Positions 38,112-51,200 of a stretch of 64,000 nucleotides of DNA are shown in pieces; positions within the stretch are counted from its first letter, which is position 1, and every line of letters starts with the position of its first letter. Source of the stretch: Sarea resinae (lineage: Eukaryota); NCBI GenBank assembly GCA_026026165.1, contig JAPEUD010000051.1:1-64000 (forward strand). Reading direction: 5' to 3'. Below the pieces are notes generated by a model that searched no databases, was not told the origin of the DNA, and worked only from the letters and a program-made list of their open reading frames with translations. Both the position numbers and the translations under genes were made by a program.

Positions 38112-39418
38112 ATGGCTTCTTCACCTGGGCATTTTTCTCCGCCTTCTTCACCCCCGTTATCACACAGACCTTGGGGTCATGTCAGGTCTTTACCGGACGA
38201 AATCAATACAGCTTCAAGGTATGTGCTACGCTTTTTGCATTGCCGCTGCGCAACACTACTCAACGGAGCTGATCGGATGAAAATCATAGGCAACCTCATT
38301 CTCGTCTCAACCGTATGATAGTGGCCCGGCTGCCTTTAGCACTCCCGCCACAAAGCACAACGCCCGAACTTTACGCTATCGGCATAGCACACTTTGCCCA
38401 CGTCTACCAGGCTTTTGAAACGCTCTGGTTGGACCTCGTGGACGCTGATGACGATGAAGACAACATAGCCGCGGCTGAACGGGCAAAGGGTTCTCAATCA
38501 ACGCCACTCGCCAACAGCAACGATGATGGCACAGACACAGACGGCGAGTTTATCCTCCCCCCACTCTGTGTCCGCATGTACCGCATTCTCTCATACATTC
38601 GTCTATCCTCGCTATCGCGTACATCTGCGCTCCGCAAAGACCTTGCGGCCCTCTCGACCGATCGCACCGGTGATCTCGCGGCCCAGCTCTCCACACCACC
38701 CACGGACCCGCGTCTGCAGGAATACCTCGCCCACATTCGCGCCACCGTCGCAGACAGACCCCACGTCCTGGTCGCCTATGCCTGGACGATGTACATGGCC
38801 ATTTTCGCTGGGGGCCGCTGGATTCGCGCGCAGTTGCAGGAGGCGCCCGAGGGATTTTGGCCCGGACAAGTTTCGCAACGGCAGCAGCAACAAGATCCCA
38901 TGTCAGGGGAAGTCAACACCGAAAGCCTATCAGAGCCAACAACCACATCATCCTACAGACCCGGTTTCGCATTCTTCGAATTCCCTGGCCCTCACGATGG
39001 CCAGGACATCAAAGCCGAGTTCAAGTACCGCCTCATATCCATAGAAGGCCTCCTCACTCCCGCCGAACGCAACGACATCGTCGACGAAGCGCTCGAGATC
39101 TTTCGCTACTCCGCCCTCCTTGTCGAGGAGCTGGATACCAAGGCTGCCGCCGGCGTCCTCACCTCTCACGATCCGGCATCTTCGAAATGGGCGAAGTGGG
39201 AGGCGGTCAAGTCTCGAGCTGCGGCGGCAACGGAGCGAGGGCGAGAGGGCATTAGCGCCGCGGGCGTGGCGGGCATATCGCACCAGCTATTTGCGAGCAG
39301 GAATGTCCCGATCGCGGGGATGGCGCTGTTGCTCGCCTTACTGGGCTGGGCGGCGTCGAGTCAGATGAGCGGCGGTGGGGGCCTAGGGACCGCGAGGGGC
39401 CTGGGGAGAGGGTGGTAA
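38112..39418 (+). CDS. Heme oxygenase-like protein with C-terminal membrane anchor, 2 exons
   Basis: Spliced SLPDEINTASR|QPHSRLNRMI (proximal His; intron 38219-38289), FAHVYQAFE, LSRTSALRKDL, PHVLVAYAWTMYMAIFAGGRWIR (distal GG), FAFFEF, IVDEALEIF, C-terminal hydrophobic helix. Confidence 0.9.
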
Positions 39419-39839
39419 AGTGATCGTTTGTGCGCTCCGCGCGGTCGTCAGCTACTTGCATTTTGTCGCCAAAGTGGTCTTGCATTTCTCCCCCTTTGTT
39501 CTCCTTTTCCGTCCCATTTCAACATTCTATGAGGCATTTTCATCTCTCTCGCATCTTCCTTTCTCTTTCTTTTTAGTTTCTGCCCCTATCTCTTTCATAC
39601 CTACTTCATGTTTTTCACATTGCTTCTCATATCAGTCATTGCGTTTCAGTCTTCGCTCTCGGCATATCAGGTGTTTGTCGGTATATGGCATGGCACGACA
39701 CGACATAATGAGCTCACGTAGCGCGGTCTGATTATGGGTTCTCTTGCGGCACTAGACCTCAACATCTAAATTTCCAATTCCGCATCTCTTCTTTTTCGGG
39801 CATTCACCAGACCTTCATCATCATCATCATCATCATTTT

Positions 39840-39881
39840 CGCATCTCGCATATCGCATCTCGCATATCGCATCTCGCATAC
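39840..39881. repeat. 14-bp tandem repeat (CGCATCTCGCATAT)x3, next to a (CAT)n run
   Basis: Direct reading. Confidence 0.9.
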
Positions 39882-40752
39882 CGCGTCCCTACATCCCCTG
39901 CGTTGTTCTCTACTGAATTTTTTGGCATCCGAATGGAACTCCACTCCCCCCCCCTAAGCCCCCCTATATCATGTCGATATTTTCACGAGAAGTCAAGCAT
40001 ATAAATCCTACACATTTCCATATATACACCTGCACGATAGAACATTCTCCAATGATAGGCGCAGAAATCGAAAGCCTAGATATTCAAACCAGTAGAAAAC
40101 GGATTTGGGGTATGTCCCAGGTGACGCGAGAAATCAAAGGTATGGTACAAAGAAACTCCGGACGCTGATGCTGATGCTGATGATAATGCTCATGCTCTGT
40201 CTCCTGCCCCCGAAGATCCCAGCCCCCCCCTCCTGTTCTTGATCCCACTCTGCAAACGCCGGCAACTCCTTGTACCCCTGAGGTCAGACGCATGCTCATC
40301 ACCCATACCAGTGGCTGCACTACAGTAAATGCTCACTTAGCAACTTCATGCCCAATGACCCAATCCAATCGCAGCCATACACGCAAAAACCGTGGCTCCG
40401 GTTGAGAAGGCTTGGATCGCGGGAGTAAGGTGATCGGGCGTAGAGGTAATATCGAGGCTCGAATGAGACCCCGGTCGACTTCGGGTGTCAGAAGCGTAAG
40501 CTCCGCGTCGGCTTGTGAGCCAAGGACCATTTCTCTCTGCATTTGCGGGTGAATGGCGCGGTGCTCCTCTGTCGGGGCTGATCCGACCTGGAGCGACGCG
40601 TGCCCTGTAGTGCTGCGAGGTACGAGCGAGGGCGGCGGCGCGAGACCTAGAGGCTGTTCGTTTGTCCCTCCTAATCTCGCAAGAGCTAGAGAGAGGCAAA
40701 CACATCCAGTAGCTCATCTTCCTCTCCCCATCCTGCTCGTAGTCTGCCTCCA

Positions 40753-41534
40753 TCAACCCTGAGAACCCAGTAACCCCCTCACCCTCTCGATTCGCTTAAG
40801 GGCCCCCTCTAATCTATCCAACCGTTTCCTCTTCTCGCCATCTCGTCTTTCAAGGACCTCAACCCTCTCCTCGAGCTTCGCTCTTGCCTTCCTCTCCGTC
40901 GCAACCATCTCATTTGCCTGCATGAATAGCTGTGACGACAGTTCTTCCAGCTCGCCGTTAGCTTGTGATAGCTTTCCCTCGGCCTGTTGGCGGAGCGTCT
41001 GCTCGCGCATCAGCGCGGCTTGAAGGTCGGATGTGCTGGGCTCGTTTGGTTTTGTTGGGGGTATGTGGGGGAGATTCGAGGTCGACTTGCGGGATATGAG
41101 GAAGGAGGAGAGCCGGTTGTGGACAGATTGGGTAGCGGGAGGAACGTTGGCTGTGGCGGGCCGAGGGGGGTCAGCCGAGGTTAGGTTTTGGGAGCGGGAT
41201 TCAGTTGCGGGTTGAGCAGATTTGAGTTGACGAAGTTGGTCTTCGTAGTCAGCCAACTTATCGACTGCGCGGGAACATCAATATCAGTGCCTTTGCTTGA
41301 CGGAACGTAAAGTAATATTCAAGAGAACTTACCTGCGGCGCTTGCTTTGCCGGTCAGGATCCTGACTTGGGCCTCTAGTTCCTCTATCCTGCGCTGTGCA
41401 TGCTCGGCAACTTCGTGATGAGGATGAAATAAGCCCGCTCCGCAGTTCGGACACGACGCGGCTGGGGATAGCAAAGGCGACAATGGAGACGTCGCCGAAG
41501 ACGAAGAAGGCGGCGGAGAGACCAAAGCCGACAT
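40753..41534 (-). CDS. Short Sec2p-like coiled-coil protein (Rab GEF-domain homologue), 2 exons
   Basis: CPNCG, AQRRIEELEAQVRILTGKASAA|VDKLADYEDQL; ELEELSSQLFMQANEMVATER matches the Sec2 ELEELTASLFEEAN.MV signature; start codon uncertain. Confidence 0.82.
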
Positions 41535-42385
41535 ATATTATTAGTTTCCGGAGGAAGGAGGGTAGAAGGGGGAGTAGGACAGTCGAGCTGGTCGTGCAAG
41601 TGCGCTGGGGAGGATGCTCTTCATGGAAGGTATCAGTGTCGAGGATGTCTTGGAAAGATGGAAGAAGGGCGTGAATGCTGATATACTGACGCTGTTGCTG
41701 TGCTAAGTATGTGTCGCTGATGGAAAAGAGGACGGAAGGGAGATGGCAGAGAACAGAGAAGAAGTTCTGAAACGAGACTGGTTTGAGCAGGTCGTACTAC
41801 TCTGTATGTATGGAGAAGCTCAGAGTGGAAATGATTGACCGATGATACGAGGGAAGGAGAGGCAGAAGGGAAGGTGCGACCGAGGAAGGGTCCGACAGGG
41901 GTAAGGGGCGGGCTAAACCGCAACGGGCGCCGTCACCGTGACAACCAACCCTCAAGAAGCAACAACTCGTCCAACACCTCAAGACGAGATGCTCTCCTAG
42001 ATCATAACCTAACGATCGCCCTCTCTCTTTCTTCCCCTCCTCATCATCACTTCCCTTCTCACATTCACTTCCTCACCGCGTTCCTCGTTGACCTCAATGC
42101 ATCTCACTTCATCGTGACTTGACCCCCCTCCTCTTCATGCATCGAGCACGAACACATTGATCATCCAGCTTGGGGTGCGACTTCCTCAACCTAGACGATT
42201 TCATCATCACATTCCTGAATCCTCTTTACGCTGTTACGTCTATTACGTCTGTCACGACCCGCTACTCGCTCACAACAAGCAGCCCACCCCAAGAAAGCAT
42301 TCCTCGCCTGACCTGGCGCCTGACGATTGAACGGCCTGAACGAGGACATCTCGCGCGAAGCTGTCATTGTTGACATCCTCCGGCC

Positions 42386-44901
42386 ATGGACACCAGCTAC
42401 CTGACCACACAGGTCTCCACCATCATAGGCCAACTGCACGGCTTATTTGATGACATTGGAGTTGCAAATCATGAGAGGGACGCTCGAGAGTCAGAGGTGA
42501 GATTTATGATCCCTCAAATGCGTGCCTTGCTCACCGTCTCGCTAGTTGTTTACAGCTCTGTCAGAGACACTCAACAATCAATTACGCCTCGTAGCCGCGT
42601 AAGTCTTGAATGCCATCTAACCCCGGCGACCTCGTCACTGATAAGGTGCGATTCTAGGGAGAAAAATGAGATGACCGAAGAAGCGCATCGCATCATCAAG
42701 ACCATAAAGCAGATGGAAACGTCTCTCGACGATCCGAAACCAAATGACGATATCAGCGACGACAACGAACTCAAGGTTTCTTTTCCCCTGGTCCGCTGCC
42801 TGCAGTTTCTCAAGGAGAAACATAACGCCATTAGCAAATTGCACAGAGAGAGGTTCGAGCAGGTGAAGAGTAAGTCTTGCCGTCACCTCGTCCAGGCCGT
42901 CCCAGTGAAGAGTTGAGGCTGACCTGCCGCAGAACTCGTCCAAGCCCTCGAGTCATACTCGTCACATATTGAATCATCTTTCATCCGCATCAGCCTTCCA
43001 CCAACATCACCCAACGCTCCTATTCCGACCACCTTCGACCTTTCTCCGTCTTACGTTACGGCTCTAGATAATGAATTCACACGCGTATACGAGGAGTATA
43101 CTCGGCGCATCTCCATCGTCAAAGCCCTTTCGGAAGATATCATCAAGCTATGGGCCGAGCTTGGCACCCCACAGGCTCAGACTGATGGTCTTATCGTCAA
43201 ATACTACCGCGACTCGCCAGAGCAGCTTGGCCTACGTGAAGATGACATCGCACGTATGCGAGGAAAGCGAGAAAAACTTCTGGACGAGAAGCGCAGTCGC
43301 GAGCGCCGTCTCAAGGAACTTAGGGCCGCTGTAGAAGGGCTTTGGGATCGGCTTGGGGCGGATGAGCAAGAGAGGAAGGCTTTTCTAGCTGGGTGTCGCG
43401 GATGCGGCATGAGAGCGATCAACGAGCTCGAGGACGAGCTGGCTAGATTGAACGAACTGAAGAGGCAGAACCTTCATCTGTTTGTAGAGGATGCAAGATG
43501 CAGGATTCAAGCTCTCTGGGATGACCTCTACTTTTCTGAGGAGGAAATGCTCGATTTTACTCCGGCCTTTTCTGGTGCGCTTTTATCACAGCCATTTCGA
43601 GGGGTTTTATTGACAAGTATACAGATGTATTCAGTGACGCTCTTCTTTCTGCGCATGAGTCTGAGATCGCTCGCCTGGAGGCTCTGAAGGAGCAACGTGC
43701 GCCTACGCTTCAGCTCATCGACAAGCATCGTTCTCTTATCAAGGATCGCAACGATCTTGCCGCTTCGAGCCAAGATGCATCAAGGCTCATGGCCCGTGGT
43801 AACAAGGGAGAAAAGCGTGACCCCACGCGTCTGTTGAGAGAAGAAAAGATGAGGAAGAGGATCGCCAAGGATCTTCCCAAAGTTGAGGCTGAATTGAGAA
43901 AGGTCCTTCAGATTTGGGAGAACGAATACGGCCGGCCATTCCTCGTTTGTGGTGAGAGATACCTCGATGAAATCAGTACGAATTCACGAGGCGTACCTCC
44001 ACGTTCGAAGACTCCTTCCGCGCCTCCGCCATCTAAGACCACCAAGAGCGCTCCGGCCAGTCAACGCGGCGTCGCCCCAGGCCGTGGACTGGCTCCTTCA
44101 CGCAATGGAGCAAAGACTCCAGTTGCTCCACCCCCAAGAAATCCACTGGCTGCATCAACATCTACAGCTGGTGGCAGATCACCATCCAGGATCCCGGCCC
44201 GCGTCCCGTTGAGTAATATGCCCCACGGCAATAACTCCCCAGAACGTCATCATCGTCCAGCAACGAGACAGGACCTCAGCGCTCCGCAGAAGATGGGCCC
44301 GCCTGCAAAAGTTCCACCACCCAAGATGAAGAATCTGTTCTTGCCACCGCCTGAGCCGGTTGACGCTTCCGAGCTTGACGATTACCGCAGCGCCAGCGCA
44401 ATGTCTTCTAACGATAGCGTAAGACCAGTCTCGCCAGAAGATGTCTACTACGATAGATCACACACATCATACATGCAATCATCACTGATGCATTCTACGC
44501 GCTCCACCCCTCAATGCTATCAAGATCTTCACGCTTCAATCCAGTATAGCCACAACCGGCCTGCGCAGGACCAGTACCCAAATATGGCTGGTAGCAGGCA
44601 AATCTCGGTGGCCTCGAGCGCATCGAACGCAGTCTCTGGATCGGAGAATTGGGAAACTTACGACGACGCTTCGGAACCTGAACCAGATGCTAGCGAGGCT
44701 TATTACGCCAAACTTCGAGCTGCTCGTGGAAAGCGCTTCACTCCTGAAGGTGGCTACTCTCCTGCCAGTGGGCAGGGTAAGAAGCTCAGGGGCATCCGCG
44801 ATGTTGGTGCTGAGACGCAGACTCTAGTCGAGCAAGCAGGTGGTCAGCTTATTCCAGTGTCCGGGAGCGATGCGGGGTGGACCGACGAAGATGCTTTCTG
44901 A
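42386..44901 (+). CDS. ASE1: Microtubule cross-linker Ase1/PRC1/MAP65, 5 exons
   Basis: MDTSYL..LHGLFDDIG; LWAELG, LWDRL, LWDDLYFSEEE; SRLMARG.KGEKRDPTRLLREEKMRKRIAKDLPK; WENEYGRPFLV; disordered tail. Confidence 0.95.
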
Positions 44902-47900
44902 TGAACTTACGCATTCCTTGCATTCCATTGGTGTCTGGCCTCTTCCTTGCCTGCGGGTGCCTTTTGGATGGCTAATACCAACGAGCCCTGGAATTTATGA
45001 CCTGCTCTTCTTTGCCCTTTCAGTGGTTAGGGAAACCCATCCCGCCACACGAGGCCCGTTCTTAGCCTTGATTTAGTTGATGACTTGTCGTACTATGCGG
45101 TTCAAGCGAATGGGCCGGATTGCTCTCGTCGATTTCTCTTCGTCGCCATACTACGTCTTGTTATGTGCGCGACTGGTCTCTTATACGGCATCATTTCTAC
45201 TTTCTCAGGGCTCACAGCACAATCTCTTCTCTTCCGCTTGGGCCCTTGGCCGTTTTGGCAACTACTTTGATGGATCGGTTGATTCCCCTGGACTTTGTGT
45301 TTATCTTAGAGTTCTTTCGTCTCTAGCTTAGGTGTTTGGGAGGTCTGAGGTAGTCTTTTGAGCGAGGGTCTTGGAGAACAATTTTCAACCATTTAGAAAA
45401 GTCCCTTTGCGCTGTAATAGTGATGCTGCACTATTGAACCGGTACCCATTGGTAAATTGATATCATACGCTGTGGGTGACCAGCGTTCGAAGAAACGGAT
45501 CAGGCTTTGATATCAGTTACACGTTCGTAACGCATGATTCCTCTGCATAAGGAATGACCCATTCGCCATCTTTATGTTTGAGCAACGTATAAGATGAGAA
45601 AGCTGAAGATGTGATTGTTTGCAAGCCAATCTCGATCTCTATCTCTATATCGGGTCCTGCTACCAAGCCCGTCCCTGTTCGAGGTGTCAAGCTTCTTTTC
45701 TCAACATGTGTCTTTGCCGTCAGACATTTATGTTGATACTATTAGGTCGGGCCCACGAAACGGACGTCATAGGCAATGCTTAGAGATAGTGGATGTCACA
45801 GCAAGAGGGCGGAGGTGTTTTAAGGCCGGCATCTGTCAATCGGAAACCCATCTCTACACTGTACAATTCCGCCATGCTAATCCCATGACTTTGGCACTTG
45901 TAAGTGCCAACCGACTGCGGAGGAAAATCTGCCACGGCGTCTTCCTCTTCCATTCTCACCCTCCAGTCCATCGCTTCTATTCTCTTCTCACGTGCCTCGG
46001 GGTTGAGATTTGCTCCCACTTGTTTCCCCCTCAACTGATGAATCTCTCTCGCTCCAACGTCAGGCGGTGTAGGGTGTACCTTAATTTGAGTGACTGCTCG
46101 AAGCAACTTCAGCAAACTGCTCGACCATAACCCCGCGCTCTCTACGAATGAATACGAGACACGGACTCGCAAGTCTCGAGCGGGACCTACTCGGTGTAGT
46201 AGGTGCTCCGCAGATAGCCATACATATACTGCAGCAGCAGATGATGTTCCTTGCGGAAACAATACAGTACTCTACCGTTCGATATGTTTACCCCGGATTT
46301 TAGCCTACCCTGGCCGGGCACCTTATCTGCCAGCCTCCCGCGGGATGTATTGTCTCGATCCGGCAAGGCGCCCACACCTTATCTGCGGGCAGACGGAGAG
46401 GGAAGGTCAAACCGCCGCCGACATCCTTGGATTTGATGTTCGCATCCTCGAATTCGGAGTTAGTAAGTATCGAGGAAGCGGGATGGTTGGCGAGAGATAA
46501 CAGATGGATGCTGATCGAGCACAGTCGTGTGCGAATTGGTAGGACTACTGCTGTATGCGCACTGACGTGGACGAATATCTGACAGCGGCCCCTCTCTGTC
46601 CGAAATGGGATCGCCGACGTGAGTACGGAGTACGTGGACCTCCAGTAATCAGCCTGGGACAAGCGGACAGATCCGACATATTTCCGCTGCTTTCCTTGGC
46701 GCCTAGGGCGGGCGGACTTGGCCGACAGAGGGCTTTCTACGTTTTCATTTTCTTTTTCGTTCTTTCTCTGGTTTTCTCTTGGACCTGACCAACGGGCCAG
46801 CACGCGGCCAATCAAGGGCGAGGGTTTTACGTGACAGTTTGCGAGATTATTCGGGTACCAGAGGCTCGAGGTTTCGGCTTCCCTGGATTCCCGTGAGTCG
46901 GTACGGCGTACGATGTACGAGCACGGAGTACTACTGAGGTAGACAGCCCTGACAGCGACCAAGGGATGGGCAACTGGGATAGCTGGGATCCATGGATCCA
47001 TCCATGGGTGGCGGCTGAGTCGTGCATGAGTCGTCACGGGCTCCCGACTACGCATGCACTGGAGATTGCACTGACTGTACTCCTTTAGTGAAGACAATGA
47101 CCACGTTGCCGGACCTAAGGTAGAGATGAGGTGGTTTGGGGCGTGGAAGGAGGAATCATGACATGAATCAGTACTGAGACGGATTTGCTTCTTTCATTTG
47201 GTCGGTAGGCACGAAGCATTGTTGGCTCCATGCTGCAAGGAGGAGAGCGGAGAGCGGAGAGCGGACCCCCAAGACCCCACGACTCTGGAGCTGAAAAACA
47301 TCAGGATACGAGTATTATTGTCATCATGCTACGAACGAAAAGGGTCACGCACTGTATTGAAGTCACTCACTACCAGCCGTCACTACTCGGACTCCACCGA
47401 CCAGGCAGGTATCACTCTACTGAAGTACTCACTCTACGGTCAAATAACACCGTGGAATGCTGCTCCCACGTCGACGACGTCGGCCTGCATAAGGTGCCGA
47501 CCCTGCCTGACTCACCCACTCGCCCACCGGTCCTCTCGCCCACTCGCCCTTGCGGGATTACCTGGTACTGCGGCAGTAGGGAGTACCCCGGAGTGAAGTC
47601 CTGTGTACGCGTACGAAGTACGTCAGTAGCCCGTCAGTAGCCTTGGATGATGGTTGGGGACCGGAGGATGGGATCCTGGGATCCTCCTGAGAGGTACTCA
47701 GTACTCGCTCAGTACGAAGACTCCGTACCTGTAAGGCTCAACCTGTCGGCTGCGTCGGGAACGAGGAACCGGAACTGGCGCGGTCATGGTGTCGTGTGCG
47801 CCTGCCCATCTTGCAGGTCCAGGTGCAGGTTCAGGTTCTCTTATCGCCGTCCGGCCAGCCATGGCACTGGAGAACTGGAAGGCAAGTGAGAGAGAGCTAC

Positions 47901-48396
47901 ACCGGGCTACTACTAGAGCGACCGCTAGATCGCGTGTACCTCGCCCTTACCTTGCCTTACTTACCTCACCACATTGTTCGTACCTTGCCTGCCTGAGATA
48001 CCTTGCCTGGCCTTACCTGGCCTTGCCTCTGTCTATTCCTACACCAGTTGTTTGTCCTCTACGACGTGTTCGACCGCCCCCCCCCAAACTCACCCCAACA
48101 TTCTTCAAGCTCACCTTCCTTCGCTCCTTTCATATCTTCCCTTCCCCTCCATTCCTTGATATCCTTTTGCCGTACCTGTCATCTCTCTTCACCAGGCACT
48201 TACACGACAAACACGACCGCGTCTCGTAACGTGGCCAGTCTCGTTCTATGACGATTGTGGACTCGCCTATCACCAACCTTACCTATCCCACTCGCGACCA
48301 TGTCATCCACCAAGATCTGAGGAATCTCATCGCCCGAGAGAATGACCGACTTCGAACACGATTCCCGAGGATTTGGCACCGCATTTCCATGTAGCT

Positions 48397-49821
48397 ATGA
48401 TGGTGCCACGGTCCTTCATGTACTCCTCCGCGCCATCCCAGCCAGCGAGACGCAAGGAGAAGAAGATGCCCACGATAAGAGAGCATGAGCGTTCGTGGGA
48501 AGAAAGAAGAGAAAAGCAGAGAGACCCCAAACCGACGAGACGGACCGACGATGCAAAAATGGCAGCGACCAATCCGCCTCCTCACTCGAAACCCGTTGTG
48601 ATTCCGTCTCGAAACGCTGGTAGTGTGCGAGGCTTCCCGAAGCCGGCCAGCCACAACCAGAACGCTCGTGGGATATCTCATCGGGCGATTGATGTCCACA
48701 AACCTAGTTCGGTCCCTCCAGCAGTTGCGGCTTTGCTGGCGATCACCTCGATCCCGCCGCCACCCAGAAGCAACACGCTTCGAAGGAGGAGCAACTACAA
48801 CCAAACGCAGGCCTCCATCATGGCCTTGCTGGAGGAACCACCTTGGGACGACAAGGAGATGAGCCACGATGGCCGATCTCTGACGCTGCAGTCCAGTCCA
48901 TCTAGCGATTCCGACAACACTACTGTGACCGATGACGAGTCATTTTCGAGGCCGCCTATGTCGGTCCGTTCGATATCGAGTGAATCGATTCCCTCTCTCG
49001 AAGGCGATAATGATTCGATCTTGTCATCGTTCAGTGCACCGGCCACTCCTGCGGCAAGCATTCAGAAAGCGAGTCCAACCAGGAAGAGCAAGATCGTGTC
49101 GTCACCGCCGACAGAGGATTGCGTTCTTGATCATCCTCTGCTCTCTGCCGAATTGGATATTGAGACTCCCCAAATCGACGCCGGTGCTGCTATCAAAAAG
49201 CTACCCCCCGTGGTCGCCCCCCAGACGAGGTCCAAATCCATCAAATCAAACCTCACTGCCTCTTTTCGGGCATTGAAATCTGCAGCTAGGTCCTTGTCGA
49301 ACTTTACTGCTCCAGCGATCCAGCCAGATGACTTTCTTACTCGGTCGATTCTATCTTTCGCACCGGAATTCACAGACGAACGTCGACCCCCTCTACCGCT
49401 AGCCGAGACACCAACCCCGGCGCTGAGAAGATACTGGAACCCAAGCAACGCAGGACTGAGAGAGCAACAATGGAGGACTACGGATCGAGACCGAGATCCG
49501 TGCACGGCCATGATTCAGCTACAGACCTACCAGCGACCCGTTCGGGCGTCGAAGAAGGGCAGTAGTTCTCCCGCCAGTGGACGTACGCCTCTCAAAGGCG
49601 AAGAGGAAATTTTCAACCCTATCGCTCGACAACGAGAACCACGAGAGAACAGTGACTTTTTACGGATGATCGTCCTGGAGATGAACATGCGTCGTGAGGG
49701 CAAACTCAGCGAAAAGGCAGTCGGACGAGCGAGGGTCTGGCTGCCCGCTCGACAACCCTGCAAGAAGTCCGCCACCGAGGATGGGGTCCCTGCCCGATGG
49801 ATTGGGGTGGTCGTGGAGTGA
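48397..49821 (+). CDS. Hypothetical fungal protein, S/P-rich, intronless (start at 48397 or 48559)
   Basis: Long ORF with motif-like blocks PAVAALLAITSIP, DHPL, SIKSNLTASFRALKSAA, FTDERRP..PTPALRRYWNP, IQLQTY, RQREPRENSDFLRMIVLEMNMRREGKL; function not recognised. Confidence 0.85.
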   Translation: MMVPRSFMYSSAPSQPARRKEKKMPTIREHERSWEERREKQRDPKPTRRTDDAKMAATNPPPHSKPVVIPSRNAGSVRGFPKPASHNQNARGISHRAIDVHKPSSVPPAVAALLAITSIPPPPRSNTLRRRSNYNQTQASIMALLEEPPWDDKEMSHDGRSLTLQSSPSSDSDNTTVTDDESFSRPPMSVRSISSESIPSLEGDNDSILSSFSAPATPAASIQKASPTRKSKIVSSPPTEDCVLDHPLLSAELDIETPQIDAGAAIKKLPPVVAPQTRSKSIKSNLTASFRALKSAARSLSNFTAPAIQPDDFLTRSILSFAPEFTDERRPPLPLAETPTPALRRYWNPSNAGLREQQWRTTDRDRDPCTAMIQLQTYQRPVRASKKGSSSPASGRTPLKGEEEIFNPIARQREPRENSDFLRMIVLEMNMRREGKLSEKAVGRARVWLPARQPCKKSATEDGVPARWIGVVVE

Positions 49822-51072
49822 GCAAAGACGCCAGGTCAGCAGTGCCTGGCTATGGCTGTTCGGGCTCCACGCCACGATGAGACCGCATACTCGTCAGAGG
49901 CTGAAAGGCGCTTGGGTCCACTGGCAGGTTCTTTGCAAAGAGCCTTACCTTTTAGTCGGTCATCATGACAAACTGAAACCAGGGAATTGGGACTCGGGCC
50001 CGTTAGCGTTTTGACGGGGCTGCCCGTGCCGAGGCGAGGGGCATGAACATGCAGCACGCGACGGCCTGGCCCGTGTCACAGTCACCGCACGAAGTGAAAA
50101 TGCTCCCACGCATACGGAGTACAGGACTATTCCCATTTCTTCACCCCAACCAAAAGGCACTGTCAACAAACACGTCGGTCCCTTCCGCCGGAAAGCATCG
50201 GCCCAATGCAGCTATCAGCAGTACCTGTCGACGATCTACAGCCAATGAGCTCGACGACATCGACGGCGGCGGGGCGGAAGTCGGCACATCTCTTCTGTCC
50301 TGACTAGCAAGATCGTCACTGCACTTTTGTTCTGTATGTCCGTCGGGTCGTTCCGCGGGCAGGACTCGGGCTCTATTCGTCTGACACGTGTGCGCCGTGC
50401 GGTGGGTCGTCTGGCGGATATTGCCGCAACCACGTACAGTACATGGCGCCTCGTCTCATGCTTTAACATATATTCGTCCAATCTTATCTTACATAGTCTT
50501 TCCGCTCTTTCTCCCTTTTTCTTATGTTTTGTTTTTGTTTTGGTCGTTGCGTGTTAGTCATTTGTCATATGCATGCATCCAGGCACCATTTCTCATCTCA
50601 AATTACGGTAGATACCTTAGTTATTGTTATTATTTGTTGTGTCGGCTGGCGCGATGCATGCATGCATGCTTTATTGGATTGGGCTCCGGTGGGGTGAAGG
50701 CGCTCGGTGCCTTTTTGTAAGATCCTCTCAACGGTGCCGTCTCGGATTGACCCAACTCGACTCGGCTCGACTTGACCTTTTTCGAGCCCGCTTGTTAGTC
50801 TTTGTCAGTCAGTGACATGTCTCTCTCGATTTTCTCTACGTCTTTCTTCTTGGTTCCTGGCATCAGCTGGACGGAGGTGCGCTGCCATGGTGGTGGTGGC
50901 AGTGGTGGGCTTAAGGGTAGATAGAAGCGCCCTGTGAATAGGTGGATGGATGTATATACATCTTAGGTAGAAGAAGTATGGAAAACACATGTCCTCCAAC
51001 CTCTAATCAAGTGTGATGGAATCATTTCATTTATGCAGAGCTGGCTGGGAGAGACATGATTTCCGAGCTAGC

Positions 51073-51154
51073 TGGGAGAGACGAGAGACATGAGACAAGA
51101 GACGAGAGACACTAGAGTACAGGAATTAATCGAGTAATAGTAGTGGTGGTGGTG

Positions 51155-51200
<46 letters not shown>

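Noticed and set aside
29501..39418. Thioesterase, peptidase, oxidoreductase, GNAT and heme oxygenase as a biosynthetic cluster
   Set aside because: No backbone enzyme (PKS/NRPS/terpene synthase), transporter or cluster TF; interleaved with a housekeeping tRNA-modifying gene
45615..47640. Overlapping 130-265-aa ORFs on both strands downstream of ASE1
   Set aside because: No family motifs and no splice-supported structure; region has intergenic GTAC-rich texture
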